Source: Acidobacteriaceae bacterium (GTDB taxonomy: Bacteria; Acidobacteriota; Terriglobia; Terriglobales; Acidobacteriaceae). From it: a stretch of DNA of 64,000 nt. Positions 19,605 through 29,488 of this stretch are shown one piece after another. The stretch is taken from the NCBI GenBank assembly GCA_045808105.1, contig JBJMGC010000031.1, positions 854 to 64,853 of the forward strand, written 5' to 3'. Within the stretch, counting starts at the first letter, position 1. Each line of letters opens with the position of its first letter. The position numbers and the translations under genes are program-made. The notes under the pieces are model-generated. The model searched no databases. It saw only the letters and a program-made list of their open reading frames with translations, and had not been told where the DNA came from.

Positions 19605-21122
19605 TTAGTTGCCCGGTCCCGCAGGTCCGCCGGTTCCGCCCTGCATCCCCGGCGGCATCGGGATGGTTATGTCCACGGGATGCACCTGCCCCAGGTCGGA
19701 GAGCGGTTTGCCCGGCTGACCGGGAGTGCCGGTAGCGATCTGCTGCGTATTCCCCACCACCAGCACCGCGAGCTTTGAACGATCGACATATTTCTTTGCG
19801 ACCCGTTCAAGATCAGCGGTGGTTACCTTTTCGATGGCCGCGCGATACTTCTCCAGAAAATCCGCCGGATACCCATAGAACTCCAAGCTCGCTCTCTCGG
19901 TCAGCACCTTCTGCGGCGTGTCGTAGCGGAAGACGAATGAGTTCAGCAACTCATCCTTCGCCCGCCGCAGTTCGTCATCGGTAAACGGCTCGGTCTTCAG
20001 GTCCTCGATCTGATCCAGCATCGCCTTAGCCGCATCCACTGTGCTCGCACTCTTCGTCGCGGCCACGGTGTAGAAGAGACCCGGATGGTCGTAAGAGGCG
20101 CCATACGACCCACCGACGGAATACGCGAGTCCCATCCGTGTCCGCACGTTCTGGAAGAGCCGCGATCCGAATCCTCCGGAGAAGATCTGGTTCATCACGC
20201 TCAGTGCATAGTAATCAGGGTTGGAGCGCTCCGTGCCCAGGCCGACGATCCAGATATTGCTCTGGTTCACATCGTTCTTGTCTACCGAGTAGACGCCCGG
20301 CGTCGGTCCGCTAAAGTTCTCCTTCGACGGCGGCAACGGCGTGCCCTTCTTCAGGCCGCCGAAGGCGGCACGCAGTTTCTGCTCCATTGCTGCGCTGTCG
20401 AAGTCGCCACTCACCCCGATGATCATGCCGTTCGGGATCACCGTCTTCTCATGGAACTGCTCCAGGTCAGCCACGGTGACGCCCATCACTCCCGCCAGCT
20501 CCGGCGTGCGGCCGTATGGATTCGTCGCCCCATACACCAGCTTCGCCGCCTCGCGGCTCGCGATCGCAGAGGCTTCGTCGTTGCGGCGCACAATGCCCGC
20601 AGCCATCTCCTGTTTTGCCAGGTCGACCTTGCTGGGATCGAACTTCGGGTGCAGCAGTAAATCTGTTGTCAGTCCAAAGACAGTGTCGAAGTCCGTTTTC
20701 AGGCAGTTCCAGCTCACGCTCGTCGAGTCGACATCGCCATCCGTCTCCACCTTCGCAGCTTTGGCTTCCAGCAGATCGTCCATTGCGTCGCCGGAGATTT
20801 TCGCCGTGCCGCTGGTGCGCCATACCTCGCCATAAAGATCGACCAGGCCGGTCTTTGCAGCGGGAACATCGCGGCCACCGCCGCGCATCTCCACAAAGCC
20901 GTTGATGAACGGCAGCTCATGATCTTCCTGAAGAAAAATGATCGCGCCATTGTCGAGCACGATGCGTCGAGGTTGTTGCGGATGGAACGCCGGCAGCGTC
21001 GGAATCGGAATCTGCTTCCACGGCTGTGCCTGCTGTGTAGCCTGTGCTTGTCCGTTGGCGATGGCTGGCAAAGCAGCCATCGGAATCAGCGCGAGCAGAG
21101 CGACTGCACAGTGGCGCATCAC
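19605..21122 (-). CDS. M16B peptidase, non-catalytic partner subunit
   Basis: Signal peptide and M16 fold lacking HXXEH; GGGFGSRLFQNVRTRMGLAYSV (R/Y pair); 4-bp overlap with the upstream M16 gene. Confidence 0.9.
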   Translation of the reverse strand: MMRHCAVALLALIPMAALPAIANGQAQATQQAQPWKQIPIPTLPAFHPQQPRRIVLDNGAIIFLQEDHELPFINGFVEMRGGGRDVPAAKTGLVDLYGEVWRTSGTAKISGDAMDDLLEAKAAKVETDGDVDSTSVSWNCLKTDFDTVFGLTTDLLLHPKFDPSKVDLAKQEMAAGIVRRNDEASAIASREAAKLVYGATNPYGRTPELAGVMGVTVADLEQFHEKTVIPNGMIIGVSGDFDSAAMEQKLRAAFGGLKKGTPLPPSKENFSGPTPGVYSVDKNDVNQSNIWIVGLGTERSNPDYYALSVMNQIFSGGFGSRLFQNVRTRMGLAYSVGGSYGASYDHPGLFYTVAATKSASTVDAAKAMLDQIEDLKTEPFTDDELRRAKDELLNSFVFRYDTPQKVLTERASLEFYGYPADFLEKYRAAIEKVTTADLERVAKKYVDRSKLAVLVVGNTQQIATGTPGQPGKPLSDLGQVHPVDITIPMPPGMQGGTGGPAGPGN

Positions 21123-22795
21123 AGGCCACCCGCCTTCGGTGCCGCGCCATCGGGCTTCTGCTGCGGCATGGTCTCGATGATGGCGTAGGTGCGGTTGTTT
21201 TCCGTAAAGACTTTATTCGAGACTCTGCGAATGTCTGCCTTCGACACCTTGTCGATCTTATCCAGCTGGCGGAAGAGCTCGCGCCAGTCGCCATAGCGAA
21301 GCTGGTACGTAGCCAGGCTCTGCGCCAGGCCCTCATTATCGGCAAGCGAGCGCAGCAGATCGACACGTGCGCGCGTCTTGAACATGGCCAGCTCTTCGTC
21401 GGTCACGTCCTGGGTCTTCAACTTGTCGATCTCCTTATGGATGGCCGTACGCATCTCCTGCGGTGTGTGACCGGGCAGCGGCACGGCGTAGAACGCAAAG
21501 AGCCCTGGGAACTTTGTGCCGGGAAAGCCGCTGAAGCCTTCCGACTCGGCAGCGATGCGCTGATCGCGTACCAGCGAGCGATACAGGCGCGACACGCGGC
21601 CGTTCGAGAGGATATCGGTGATCGCGTCATACACCTGATCGTCGGGATCGAGATAATCGCTCCGGTGATAGCCCTCGATATAAAAAGGCTGCGTCGCCTC
21701 GCGAATAATGACGGACTTCTCCGAGTTCTGTGCCGGCTCGACCGTCGTCATCGCCTCGGGCTTCGGACCGGCCGGAATGGGAGCGAAGTACTTCTCCATG
21801 ATCGGCATTGCCGTCGACGCGTTCACATCGCCGGCTACGGCAATCACGATGTTTGATGGTGCGTAGTGCGTCTTGTGAAACGTCGCAGCCTCGGTGGCAT
21901 CGATCTGCGACAGCTCCGACTCCCAACCAACCCCCGGCCGTCCATACGGATGCGCGACATACGCGGTTGCTAGGAACTGCTCCACCATGCGGCCAATGGG
22001 ATTGGAGTCGGTGCGCATGCGCCGCTCCTCCATCACCACGTCGCGCTCCTTGTAAAACTCGCGCGGCACCGGATGGCCAAGCCGCCCGCTCTCCATATAC
22101 GCCCAGAGCTGGAGCCGGTTCGCCGGCATACTCCAGAAGTATTCCGTGGAATCCAAACCGGTGGAAGCGTTGATGCCGGTCGCGCCGTTCTCCTCGGCAA
22201 TCTGAGTGAACTGGTTGGGGATGACGTACTGCTGCGCATCCTTTTTCGCCGCGTCAAACGCTTCGCGCAGTTGCTTCAGCTTCGCGGGATCCTGGCCTAC
22301 ACGCTTGCGGTATTCGGTATCGTACGCAGCGTAGGTCTCCTCCACCTTCTTGAGCGCGACCTTTTCTGCGGGCCAGTTTGTCGTGCCGATCTCATCGGTT
22401 CCCTTGAAGGCAAGGTGCTCGAACATGTGGGCAAGACCGGACTGGCCAGTCGGATCGTTCGCATCGCCGGCATCCACTAGCGTGTAATAGGAAAACACTG
22501 GCGCTTCGGGCCGCTCAATCAGCAGCACGGTCAGCCCGTTGGGCAGGACCTTCGTCGTAACGCGCTTCTCAAAGTGTGCCAGCTCCTGCTGCGCCAGGTC
22601 GGTCGCTCCCGTGGTTGCCGCGGGACTGGTTTGCGCGAAAGCGGGCAGCAGGGAAGTGCAGGCAATGATGAAAAAAGGTGCGGGCCATCGTGGCATCCGG
22701 CGCGGTTGGGCAGGGTAACACTTAGTCAACAAGTACCTCCGCACCCGCTCCAAGGCGCGAGCCTCGTCTGTCCAGATGCGGGTAGCCAGTCTCAT
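21119..22795 (-). CDS. M16B zinc peptidase, catalytic subunit
   Basis: GLAHMFEHLAFKG (HXXEH), NAST and ERDVVMEERR motifs. The true start may be downstream (MPRWPAP...). Confidence 0.93.
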   Translation of the reverse strand: MRLATRIWTDEARALERVRRYLLTKCYPAQPRRMPRWPAPFFIIACTSLLPAFAQTSPAATTGATDLAQQELAHFEKRVTTKVLPNGLTVLLIERPEAPVFSYYTLVDAGDANDPTGQSGLAHMFEHLAFKGTDEIGTTNWPAEKVALKKVEETYAAYDTEYRKRVGQDPAKLKQLREAFDAAKKDAQQYVIPNQFTQIAEENGATGINASTGLDSTEYFWSMPANRLQLWAYMESGRLGHPVPREFYKERDVVMEERRMRTDSNPIGRMVEQFLATAYVAHPYGRPGVGWESELSQIDATEAATFHKTHYAPSNIVIAVAGDVNASTAMPIMEKYFAPIPAGPKPEAMTTVEPAQNSEKSVIIREATQPFYIEGYHRSDYLDPDDQVYDAITDILSNGRVSRLYRSLVRDQRIAAESEGFSGFPGTKFPGLFAFYAVPLPGHTPQEMRTAIHKEIDKLKTQDVTDEELAMFKTRARVDLLRSLADNEGLAQSLATYQLRYGDWRELFRQLDKIDKVSKADIRRVSNKVFTENNRTYAIIETMPQQKPDGAAPKAGGL

Positions 22796-23060
22796 TTGTA
22801 TCTGCCATCGAAGCTATCCGTGGCAGCCCGGCGAAGTCAAACCAACGTCCATTGCAAAAACCGCAGAGTAGTCGCAAGCACAACTTTCATGGCGCAGCCG
22901 GGTTTCGGCTGGCATAATAGGCAGCGCACTGCTCCGAAGCCGGTTCGAAGCGACCGACGAAACCCGGATCAGCACAACAGAAAGATGAACAGCAGGCGGT
23001 TGCCGATCACCAGCCAAGGCATCCCCCTCTCGCCCACTGGCGGCAAGGATTTGTTTAGGA

Positions 23061-26000
23061 ATGGCCATTATTCAGGTTTTGCAGCGTACCATTCGCCCCT
23101 TCATCTGTCTGGGTCTGCTCAGCGCATCTACTTGGAGCTTCGGTGCAGTCTCAGTGCCCCAGGCCGCAGTGCCCCAGATCACGCAAGCGGTCAATAACCG
23201 GCAGCGGATCACTTTGAAGGGCAACGTGCGTCCGATGCCAAGGCGTGCGCGTGACCTCGGCGCGGTCGACATCAACGCGCCGGCCGGCCGGGTGCTGCTG
23301 CTGCTGAAGCGTCCCGCGGAACAGGAAACGGCGCTCCAACAGTTCATTCAGGATGTCCATACACCCGGTTCGGCCAGCTATCATCACTGGCTCACGCCGG
23401 CGCAGCTCGGCAGCCAGTTTGGACCGGCAGAGTCCGACGTGCAGGCCGTGATCGCGTGGCTGCAGTCGCAGGGCTTCGCGGTAGCCAAGGTCTCGCAGGC
23501 CCGAACCACGATCGAGTTCTCCGGTACCGCCGGACAGATCGAGAGCGCCTTCGCAACCAAAATCCATTCCTTCCAGATCGACGGCGTGAGCCACATCGCG
23601 AATATCGCCGACCCGCAGATCCCGGCCGCGTTGGCGCCAGTCGTCGCCGGTATCTCGCCGCTCAACGACTTCCGGCCTAAGCCGATGCACACCGCGCCTG
23701 TCGCGCGCACTTTGGTCGCGGCCCCAACCAGCGCCAATCCCCATGCCATGACCAGCGTGGCACGGAACGCCCAGAGTCTCTCGGTCAGATCGAACTACAC
23801 GGACAACTCCAACGGTTCTTATGTTGTGACGCCGGCGGATTTTGCAACCATCTACAACACGCCCAACCAGACTTTGAACAAGAACTACGCCGCCAGCAAG
23901 AACCTGACCGGGACCGGAGTCACGATCGGCATCGCGGGGGACTCGAATGTCGATCTCAGCAATGTGGCGAATTATCGCAAACTCTTCGGCCTGCCCGCCC
24001 TCACGCCGACGGTGACCATCGATGGAAGCGATCCGGGAACGGGGAGTGGTGACGAAGTAGAAGCGTTGTTGGATCTTGAAGTGGCGAGTGCGGTGGCGCC
24101 AGGAGCAAACCTGACGTTGTATACCGCACAGGACACAACTTTTCAGTCCGGACTGATTCTCGCCATCCAGCGAGCGCTGGACGATAACGCGATCAATATC
24201 CTGAACGTGAGCTTCGGCGGCTGCGAGGCCTACCAGGGGACATCCGGCAATCAGCAGATTCTCAATCTCTGGCAGCAGGCGGCGGCTCAGGGTATCTCGG
24301 TTACGGTCTCCACAGGCGACAGCGGCTCTGCCGGGTGCGATGACGGCAATACGGAGTTGGCCGCGGCGCAGGGGCTCCAGGTGAACGCATTTGCCTCCAC
24401 CCCTTACAACATTGCTGTTGGCGGAACAGACTTCAACCAGGACCAGACCAACATTGGGCTGTACTGGAACGCGACAAATTCCTCCATCGGCGGCTCCGCG
24501 CTGAAATACATTCCGGAAATCCCATGGAACGATTCCACAACCACCATCGGGCCGCTGACCGGAAATGTGGCGTTCCAGGACACGAATGGAGATACGAATA
24601 TCGCGGGCGCCGGCAGTGGCGTGAGTGGCTGCTTGACGGCAACCGTCGACCAGAATGGAAATGTATCTGGGTGCACCGGCGCATATCCCAAGCCAGGCTG
24701 GCAGAGCGGCTTTGGCCCGGCAAGCGTACGTGAAACCCCCGATGTCTCGCTCTTCGCGTCGAACGGATTCGACTTCTCCATCTGGTTGCTCTGCGCCTCA
24801 GGCATCGGTGGCGATCAGCCCGGGGACCAGGACTGCACAACACCCGCCAGCGGATCCATAGAAAACGGCAGCTACACTTCTTATCAGGTGGTAGGCGGCA
24901 CGTCTGCATCCTCGCCGGCCTTCGCCGGAGTGCTTGCCCTCGTGGTGCAGAATCTGCAATCCGGCAGCACGCCGAACGTCCGCCTCGGTCAGGCGAACTA
25001 CACGCTCTACCCACTCTCCAAGCAACATGCCTCCGCGTTCAACGACGTAACCGTCGGCAACAATTCCGTGGTCTGCACAGCCGGCACGCCGGACTGCGGC
25101 ACAAACACTTTCCTAACCGGCTACGACGCAGGCAACGGCTATGATCTGGCGACCGGCCTCGGCAGCGTCGATGCGACGCAGATGATACAGAACTGGTCGA
25201 ACATCACCTTCACCCCCACCACCAGTTCGCTGACGGTGAACAGCTCGACCAGTCCGGTAAACATCGCGCATGGCAAGTCCGTGAATGTCGGTGTAACGGT
25301 GACCGGTTCCGGCGGCACTCCGACCGGCACTGTTGCACTGATAGCGGGCAGTGGCGCGACTGCGGGTGCAGCCGCGGTTCAGGGCGCAATCGCCTCGCCT
25401 TCCATCCTGACTCTGACCAACGGCGCCGCAAGCAACGCTGCCTACACCTACCTTCCCGGTGGCAGCTATACCCTCGCCGCGAACTATGCAGGCGATGGCA
25501 CCTTTGCCCCCAGCGCCTCGAACGGCATCGCTGTGACGGTGTCTCCAGAATCCAGCACGCTGGAACTCGCTGTGCAGGACTTTCCGTCGGACGGCACGAC
25601 CAACAGCATCAACGGCGGCAGCGTTCCCTATGGGTCGTACGTCTCGGTGAATGCGCAACCTGTTTCGTCCGCTCTGGCCCCATCGCTCACCAACCAAACC
25701 TACCTGCAGCCGGCAACTGGGACCGTTACCTTCGCCAGCACGCCGGCGTCATCGCTGCTGAACCGGACGGTGAACCTGAATAGCAATGGCTTCGCCGAAA
25801 TTCCGGGGCAGACATCGCTCGCCTATCCTCCGGGCACCTATAGCATCACCGCGAGCTACTCCGGCGATGCCAGCTATGGCGCCAGCTCAGCTCCGGCCCA
25901 GACCTTCACCATCTCCAAGAACAATGTCACGATCGCTTCGGCCAACGGCAGCACTAGCGCAACAGCGGTGGTTGAGATCGATCCGGCGGATAACGGTCTC

Positions 26001-26738
26001 TTCTTCAACGGCGGCGTTGTTTTGCCCACAGGCACCGTTACATTGACAAACGCCAGCGGCGCCACGGTCGGCACGGGCACCCTGGCCGTCGTCAACACTT
26101 CGAATGGTCAGGCGGCACAGGCCACCATCACGGTTACTGGCACCGCCACTACGGTCAGCTATCCAGGGGACACCAACTACAACTCCGGCACAGCGGCCTT
26201 TACGGGTGGCGGTGGCGCTTCGTTCTCATTGAGCAGCGCACCTGCGAGCATCACCATTCCCAGCGGCGGGTCTGCCGGCACAACGATCAGCATCACGCCG
26301 CAGGGCGGTTTCTCCGGCAAGGTCGCCGTCAGCTGCACAGTCACCGGCTCCGGCACTCCGCCGCCGACGTGTTCGCTGGCGCAGTCTTCCGTTGCTCTCA
26401 GTGGAAGCGCAGCGGTCACCGATGCACTCACCGTGACGACCGTATCTTCGAAATCAGCTATCCGCACCGCAGCCAACCCATCGGATCGCACCTGGTACGC
26501 CGCTGGTGGGGTCGCGCTTGCCGGCATTCTGCTGTTCGGCCTGCCAGGACGGCGCCGCAACTGGCAACGCATGCTCAGCCTGCTGCTGCTGGTGATTTCC
26601 ATGGGTGTCGTCGGTTGCGGAGGCGGTGGCGGTGGAGGCGGCGGTGGCACAACGCCGGCCGGCACCTATACCGTCACGGTGACAGCAACGAGCGGTTCCG
26701 CCGTACAGACATCCACCATCACGGCAACCGTTCAGTAG
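23061..26738 (+). CDS. S53 (sedolisin/kumamolisin) protease with pro-domain, Ig-like domains and a C-terminal membrane hairpin/internal lipobox
   Basis: Signal peptide, pro-domain (YHHWLTPAQ...FG), EALLD, STGDSG, GGTSASSP, GYDLATGLGS and Big_3-type repeats (YAGD/YSGD/YPGD). Confidence 0.93.
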   Translation: MAIIQVLQRTIRPFICLGLLSASTWSFGAVSVPQAAVPQITQAVNNRQRITLKGNVRPMPRRARDLGAVDINAPAGRVLLLLKRPAEQETALQQFIQDVHTPGSASYHHWLTPAQLGSQFGPAESDVQAVIAWLQSQGFAVAKVSQARTTIEFSGTAGQIESAFATKIHSFQIDGVSHIANIADPQIPAALAPVVAGISPLNDFRPKPMHTAPVARTLVAAPTSANPHAMTSVARNAQSLSVRSNYTDNSNGSYVVTPADFATIYNTPNQTLNKNYAASKNLTGTGVTIGIAGDSNVDLSNVANYRKLFGLPALTPTVTIDGSDPGTGSGDEVEALLDLEVASAVAPGANLTLYTAQDTTFQSGLILAIQRALDDNAINILNVSFGGCEAYQGTSGNQQILNLWQQAAAQGISVTVSTGDSGSAGCDDGNTELAAAQGLQVNAFASTPYNIAVGGTDFNQDQTNIGLYWNATNSSIGGSALKYIPEIPWNDSTTTIGPLTGNVAFQDTNGDTNIAGAGSGVSGCLTATVDQNGNVSGCTGAYPKPGWQSGFGPASVRETPDVSLFASNGFDFSIWLLCASGIGGDQPGDQDCTTPASGSIENGSYTSYQVVGGTSASSPAFAGVLALVVQNLQSGSTPNVRLGQANYTLYPLSKQHASAFNDVTVGNNSVVCTAGTPDCGTNTFLTGYDAGNGYDLATGLGSVDATQMIQNWSNITFTPTTSSLTVNSSTSPVNIAHGKSVNVGVTVTGSGGTPTGTVALIAGSGATAGAAAVQGAIASPSILTLTNGAASNAAYTYLPGGSYTLAANYAGDGTFAPSASNGIAVTVSPESSTLELAVQDFPSDGTTNSINGGSVPYGSYVSVNAQPVSSALAPSLTNQTYLQPATGTVTFASTPASSLLNRTVNLNSNGFAEIPGQTSLAYPPGTYSITASYSGDASYGASSAPAQTFTISKNNVTIASANGSTSATAVVEIDPADNGLFFNGGVVLPTGTVTLTNASGATVGTGTLAVVNTSNGQAAQATITVTGTATTVSYPGDTNYNSGTAAFTGGGGASFSLSSAPASITIPSGGSAGTTISITPQGGFSGKVAVSCTVTGSGTPPPTCSLAQSSVALSGSAAVTDALTVTTVSSKSAIRTAANPSDRTWYAAGGVALAGILLFGLPGRRRNWQRMLSLLLLVISMGVVGCGGGGGGGGGGTTPAGTYTVTVTATSGSAVQTSTITATVQ

Positions 26739-26749
26739 CCCAGAAGGAA

Positions 26750-26796
26750 GATGTAACAGAAGAGGCCGCTCCACCCGGAGCGGCCTCTCTACATCT
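26750..26796. terminator. Long hairpin between convergent genes (probable bidirectional terminator)
   Basis: AGAGGCCGCTCC-ACCC-GGAGCGGCCTCT perfect 12-bp stem, extended by AGATGTA/TACATCT. Confidence 0.7.
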
Positions 26797-26810
26797 GCAG
26801 CGAAGCTCTA

Positions 26811-27938
26811 CTACTGAGGCTGATTCGAGTCTGCGTTCGGGTCTGCATTCGGATCGTTGAAGGTGCGCACCGCCGAACCATTGGCAGAGCGCGACGTGCT
26901 GACGCTGATCGGCGACTGCAGCTTGAAGTTCACCAGCGTTTCGGCAGGAATCTTCACCTGCTCGCCGCGGGTGACAGCATTCACGCCCGCTCCCAGGCCG
27001 CCGCCGGACGCTGCGCCGATCGCCGCACCCTTGCCACCCCCGGCGATGGCGCCGATGATCGCGCCCAGCGCCGCCCCGCCGCCCGTCTTCATCGCTGTGT
27101 TCTTGCCACGACCCTTGCCTTGCTGGCTGAACGCGGAGGTGCTCACCGAGACCGGCTGGCCCTTCAACTCTATCTGCGTCAGCTCGACCGAGAGCAGCGA
27201 GCTACCGGAGAAGTGCGTTGCATCCTTCGCGTCCACCACCCGGCCGGTCACCGATGTCCCGCGCGGGATCGCCACCATGTTGTCCGCGATCACGTCGGCT
27301 GCCAGCGTGCCGTGAATGATTTGTCCAGTCTGGGTGGTGGCGCTGTCCAGTGCATCTGTCAGGCGGACAGGCAGCGAGGTCCCGCTTTGCACGGTCACCG
27401 TGCGGACAACGGGAGCGGCCGGCTTGGGCGGTGGCGGCGGTTCGGCCGGTCCTGCCTGCTGTGGCGGCGGTGCCGAAGAAGTTGGTTGATTCATCGCCCG
27501 GTCGGCCGGCGGCGCATTCCGCTCAGACCGGCGGCGCCGCTCCGGCTTCGGCGGTGGAGGCTGCTTTGCAACCTGCTGCGGAGCCACCGTCAAATTATTG
27601 ATGACCGTACGTACTCCCGCCGCGGCTCCGCTGTCCGCCGCGGCAAGCGCCCGCGCAGCATCGTTGTTCACCGTGCCGTTCAGGGTCGCGGTTCCTCCGT
27701 TGACGTTCACTTTGATGTTCTGGCCGTTCAACGCCGATTCGGCATCGATGCGGCTCTGGATGTCATTGGCAATCTCTTGATCGCTGCGGGGTTCCGGCGC
27801 CGGGGCTGCGGCAGGTGTCGGAGCCGCTTGAGGGGTTTCATTGGCGTTATGAGAGAGTTGCTTGCAGCCTGATGCCAGAAGCAGAGAACCGGTGAGCAGT
27901 CCCGCCTGCAGCGTCCGACGAGTGAACAAGTGGGTCAT
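26811..27938 (-). CDS. BON-domain lipoprotein with Pro-rich linker and glycine-zipper C-terminal domain
   Basis: Lipobox ASGC, BON domain (DQEIANDIQ...ATLNGTV...GVRTVINNL) and [24 protein letters not shown]. Confidence 0.88.
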   Translation of the reverse strand: MTHLFTRRTLQAGLLTGSLLLASGCKQLSHNANETPQAAPTPAAAPAPEPRSDQEIANDIQSRIDAESALNGQNIKVNVNGGTATLNGTVNNDAARALAAADSGAAAGVRTVINNLTVAPQQVAKQPPPPKPERRRRSERNAPPADRAMNQPTSSAPPPQQAGPAEPPPPPKPAAPVVRTVTVQSGTSLPVRLTDALDSATTQTGQIIHGTLAADVIADNMVAIPRGTSVTGRVVDAKDATHFSGSSLLSVELTQIELKGQPVSVSTSAFSQQGKGRGKNTAMKTGGGAALGAIIGAIAGGGKGAAIGAASGGGLGAGVNAVTRGEQVKIPAETLVNFKLQSPISVSTSRSANGSAVRTFNDPNADPNADSNQPQ

Positions 27939-28301
27939 CGCAATATCCTTTCCAGGGGACCCGGCCTATCTGCGCAGGTGTCCATGTACATCTCTATTCT
28001 GAACGCGGGCCGGGGGAATGTCCCGTCTCTTTTGACGAGCTCGCTCCGTGGGCCGACCACGCATGACAACATCGACGGAAATCGAAACCGCCATCGTGCA
28101 TTCCCCTGCCGGTGTCGGCAGCAGGAAAATGCTCACCAATACTTTATTCGTGAGACGATGAGTGGTTCGCTTTGGCAGCAGTTGCCACCTGCCGGGCATC
28201 TATTAGGTTAGTTAGGCAACGAGAACGAACGCAGGTCTGGGTGCTTGCCTGCACCCGGCAGTAGAGCCTGCGAGTACGATCGTGGAGCAAGGAGAGAGTA
28301 T

Positions 28302-28730
28302 ATGTCTGCTGATAAAGGTGGTTTTGGGTGGTTTCTCGTTGGCCTGGGAATCGGCGCCGCTGTCGGTGTGCTGTACGCGCCCAAGTCGGGTTCTGAGACC
28401 CGCGAAGATCTGGCTTCCTCTGCACGGGAAAGTTCAGAGTACGTGCGCCAGCGCTCGCGTCAGGCAGCCGACAAGGTGACTGACTTCGCCGACCGCGGAC
28501 GCGACCATTTAAACGAATACGTCGATCGCGGCAAGGATGCGGTGGATCGCGGACGCTCACAGTGGAACCAGTATGTCGATCGTGGGCGGCAGGCGGTAAG
28601 CGACCAGGTGGACAAGGTGAGTACCGCTGTCGAAGAAGGCAAGCGCGCTTACCAGAACACCTCCGGCGAAGATGCCGATCGGATATCGAATGCTGTGGAA
28701 GCGGGCCAGCAGGCGTATCGGACTACATAA
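28302..28730 (+). CDS. YtxH-domain general-stress protein
   Basis: FLVGLGIGAAVGVLYAPKSGSETRE signature; AAGGAGAG RBS. Confidence 0.9.
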   Translation: MSADKGGFGWFLVGLGIGAAVGVLYAPKSGSETREDLASSARESSEYVRQRSRQAADKVTDFADRGRDHLNEYVDRGKDAVDRGRSQWNQYVDRGRQAVSDQVDKVSTAVEEGKRAYQNTSGEDADRISNAVEAGQQAYRTT

Positions 28731-28820
28731 GCGGGCAGGCATCTTGGCCGGCTCCAGAGACGGGCGCGAGCGTTATACGTCCGCCGCCCTTTTTCTGGTC
28801 GCACTTACGTTGAGGAGCAC

Positions 28821-29363
28821 ATGAACGACGCACTCAGTGGTGTATTGCTGGCGCTCACCATTGTCATTGGCGTGGGCGTCCTGGCCTTTATCGTGGTCGT
28901 GGCCGTCCTCGCCGGAACTCTTCTGCGCACACGCAAGCGCGTCCACCAGATGCTCGATCAGTACGAGACTTCGGTTGCACCGCACATCGGTCCAATGGTG
29001 AAGTCCGCGCGCGAGCTCGTCGACGAGCTCTCACCCAAGCTGAAGCACATTACCTCAAACTTGGTGGAAGTCAGCGACATCATGCGCAGTGAGGCGCAGC
29101 ACATCACCGTGTCTGTCAGCGATATGGTGGAGCGCACGCATCAGCAGGCGGCGCGCGTCGACCACATCGTCTCCAGCACGCTTAACGGTATCGGCCACGC
29201 GACTGCGGCGGTGCAGGAAGGCATCGCGGCTCCCATTCGTCATCTCAGCGGCGTGCTGGATGGCTTGCGCGCCGGCTTCGGCTCGCTCCGCCGCAAGCGG
29301 ACCCACTCCAACGGCACCGCCGCCACCGTGATCGTCCGCAAGGTCGAGCAAGACCCATACTAG
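28821..29363 (+). CDS. DUF948/YtxG-like membrane-anchored coiled-coil protein
   Basis: N-terminal TM followed by long amphipathic helices; adjacent to ytxH; GAGGAG RBS. Confidence 0.7.
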   Translation: MNDALSGVLLALTIVIGVGVLAFIVVVAVLAGTLLRTRKRVHQMLDQYETSVAPHIGPMVKSARELVDELSPKLKHITSNLVEVSDIMRSEAQHITVSVSDMVERTHQQAARVDHIVSSTLNGIGHATAAVQEGIAAPIRHLSGVLDGLRAGFGSLRRKRTHSNGTAATVIVRKVEQDPY

Positions 29364-29419
29364 GCATGGCGACCCGGGTTCAATCGGAACCGAGTGCAGC
29401 AGCGAATGGACGCAAGTAT

Positions 29420-29468
29420 TGTCATCTCGACCGGAGCGCCACAGGCGCGCAGTCGAGAGATCCGCTGT
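29420..29468. repeat. REP-like palindromic intergenic element
   Basis: TGTCATCTCGACCGGAGCGCC-ACA-GGCGCGCAGTCGAGAGATCCGCTGT with nested stems TCTCGAC/GTCGAGA and GCGCC/GGCGC, between convergent genes. Confidence 0.7.
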
Positions 29469-29488
29469 CTCCCAACCGCACCAGAAAT

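Noticed and set aside
18367-19608. Long antisense ORFs (413 aa here; also 46157-47368, 57406-58668, 62710-63831, 8950-9909)
   Set aside because: These are shadow ORFs opposite well-supported genes in GC-rich DNA, with Arg/His-rich composition and no motifs.
22800-23060. c-di-GMP or other riboswitch between the divergent M16 and S53 genes
   Set aside because: The inverted repeat CCGGGTTTCG/CGAAACCCGG is present, but consensus riboswitch motifs are not evident.
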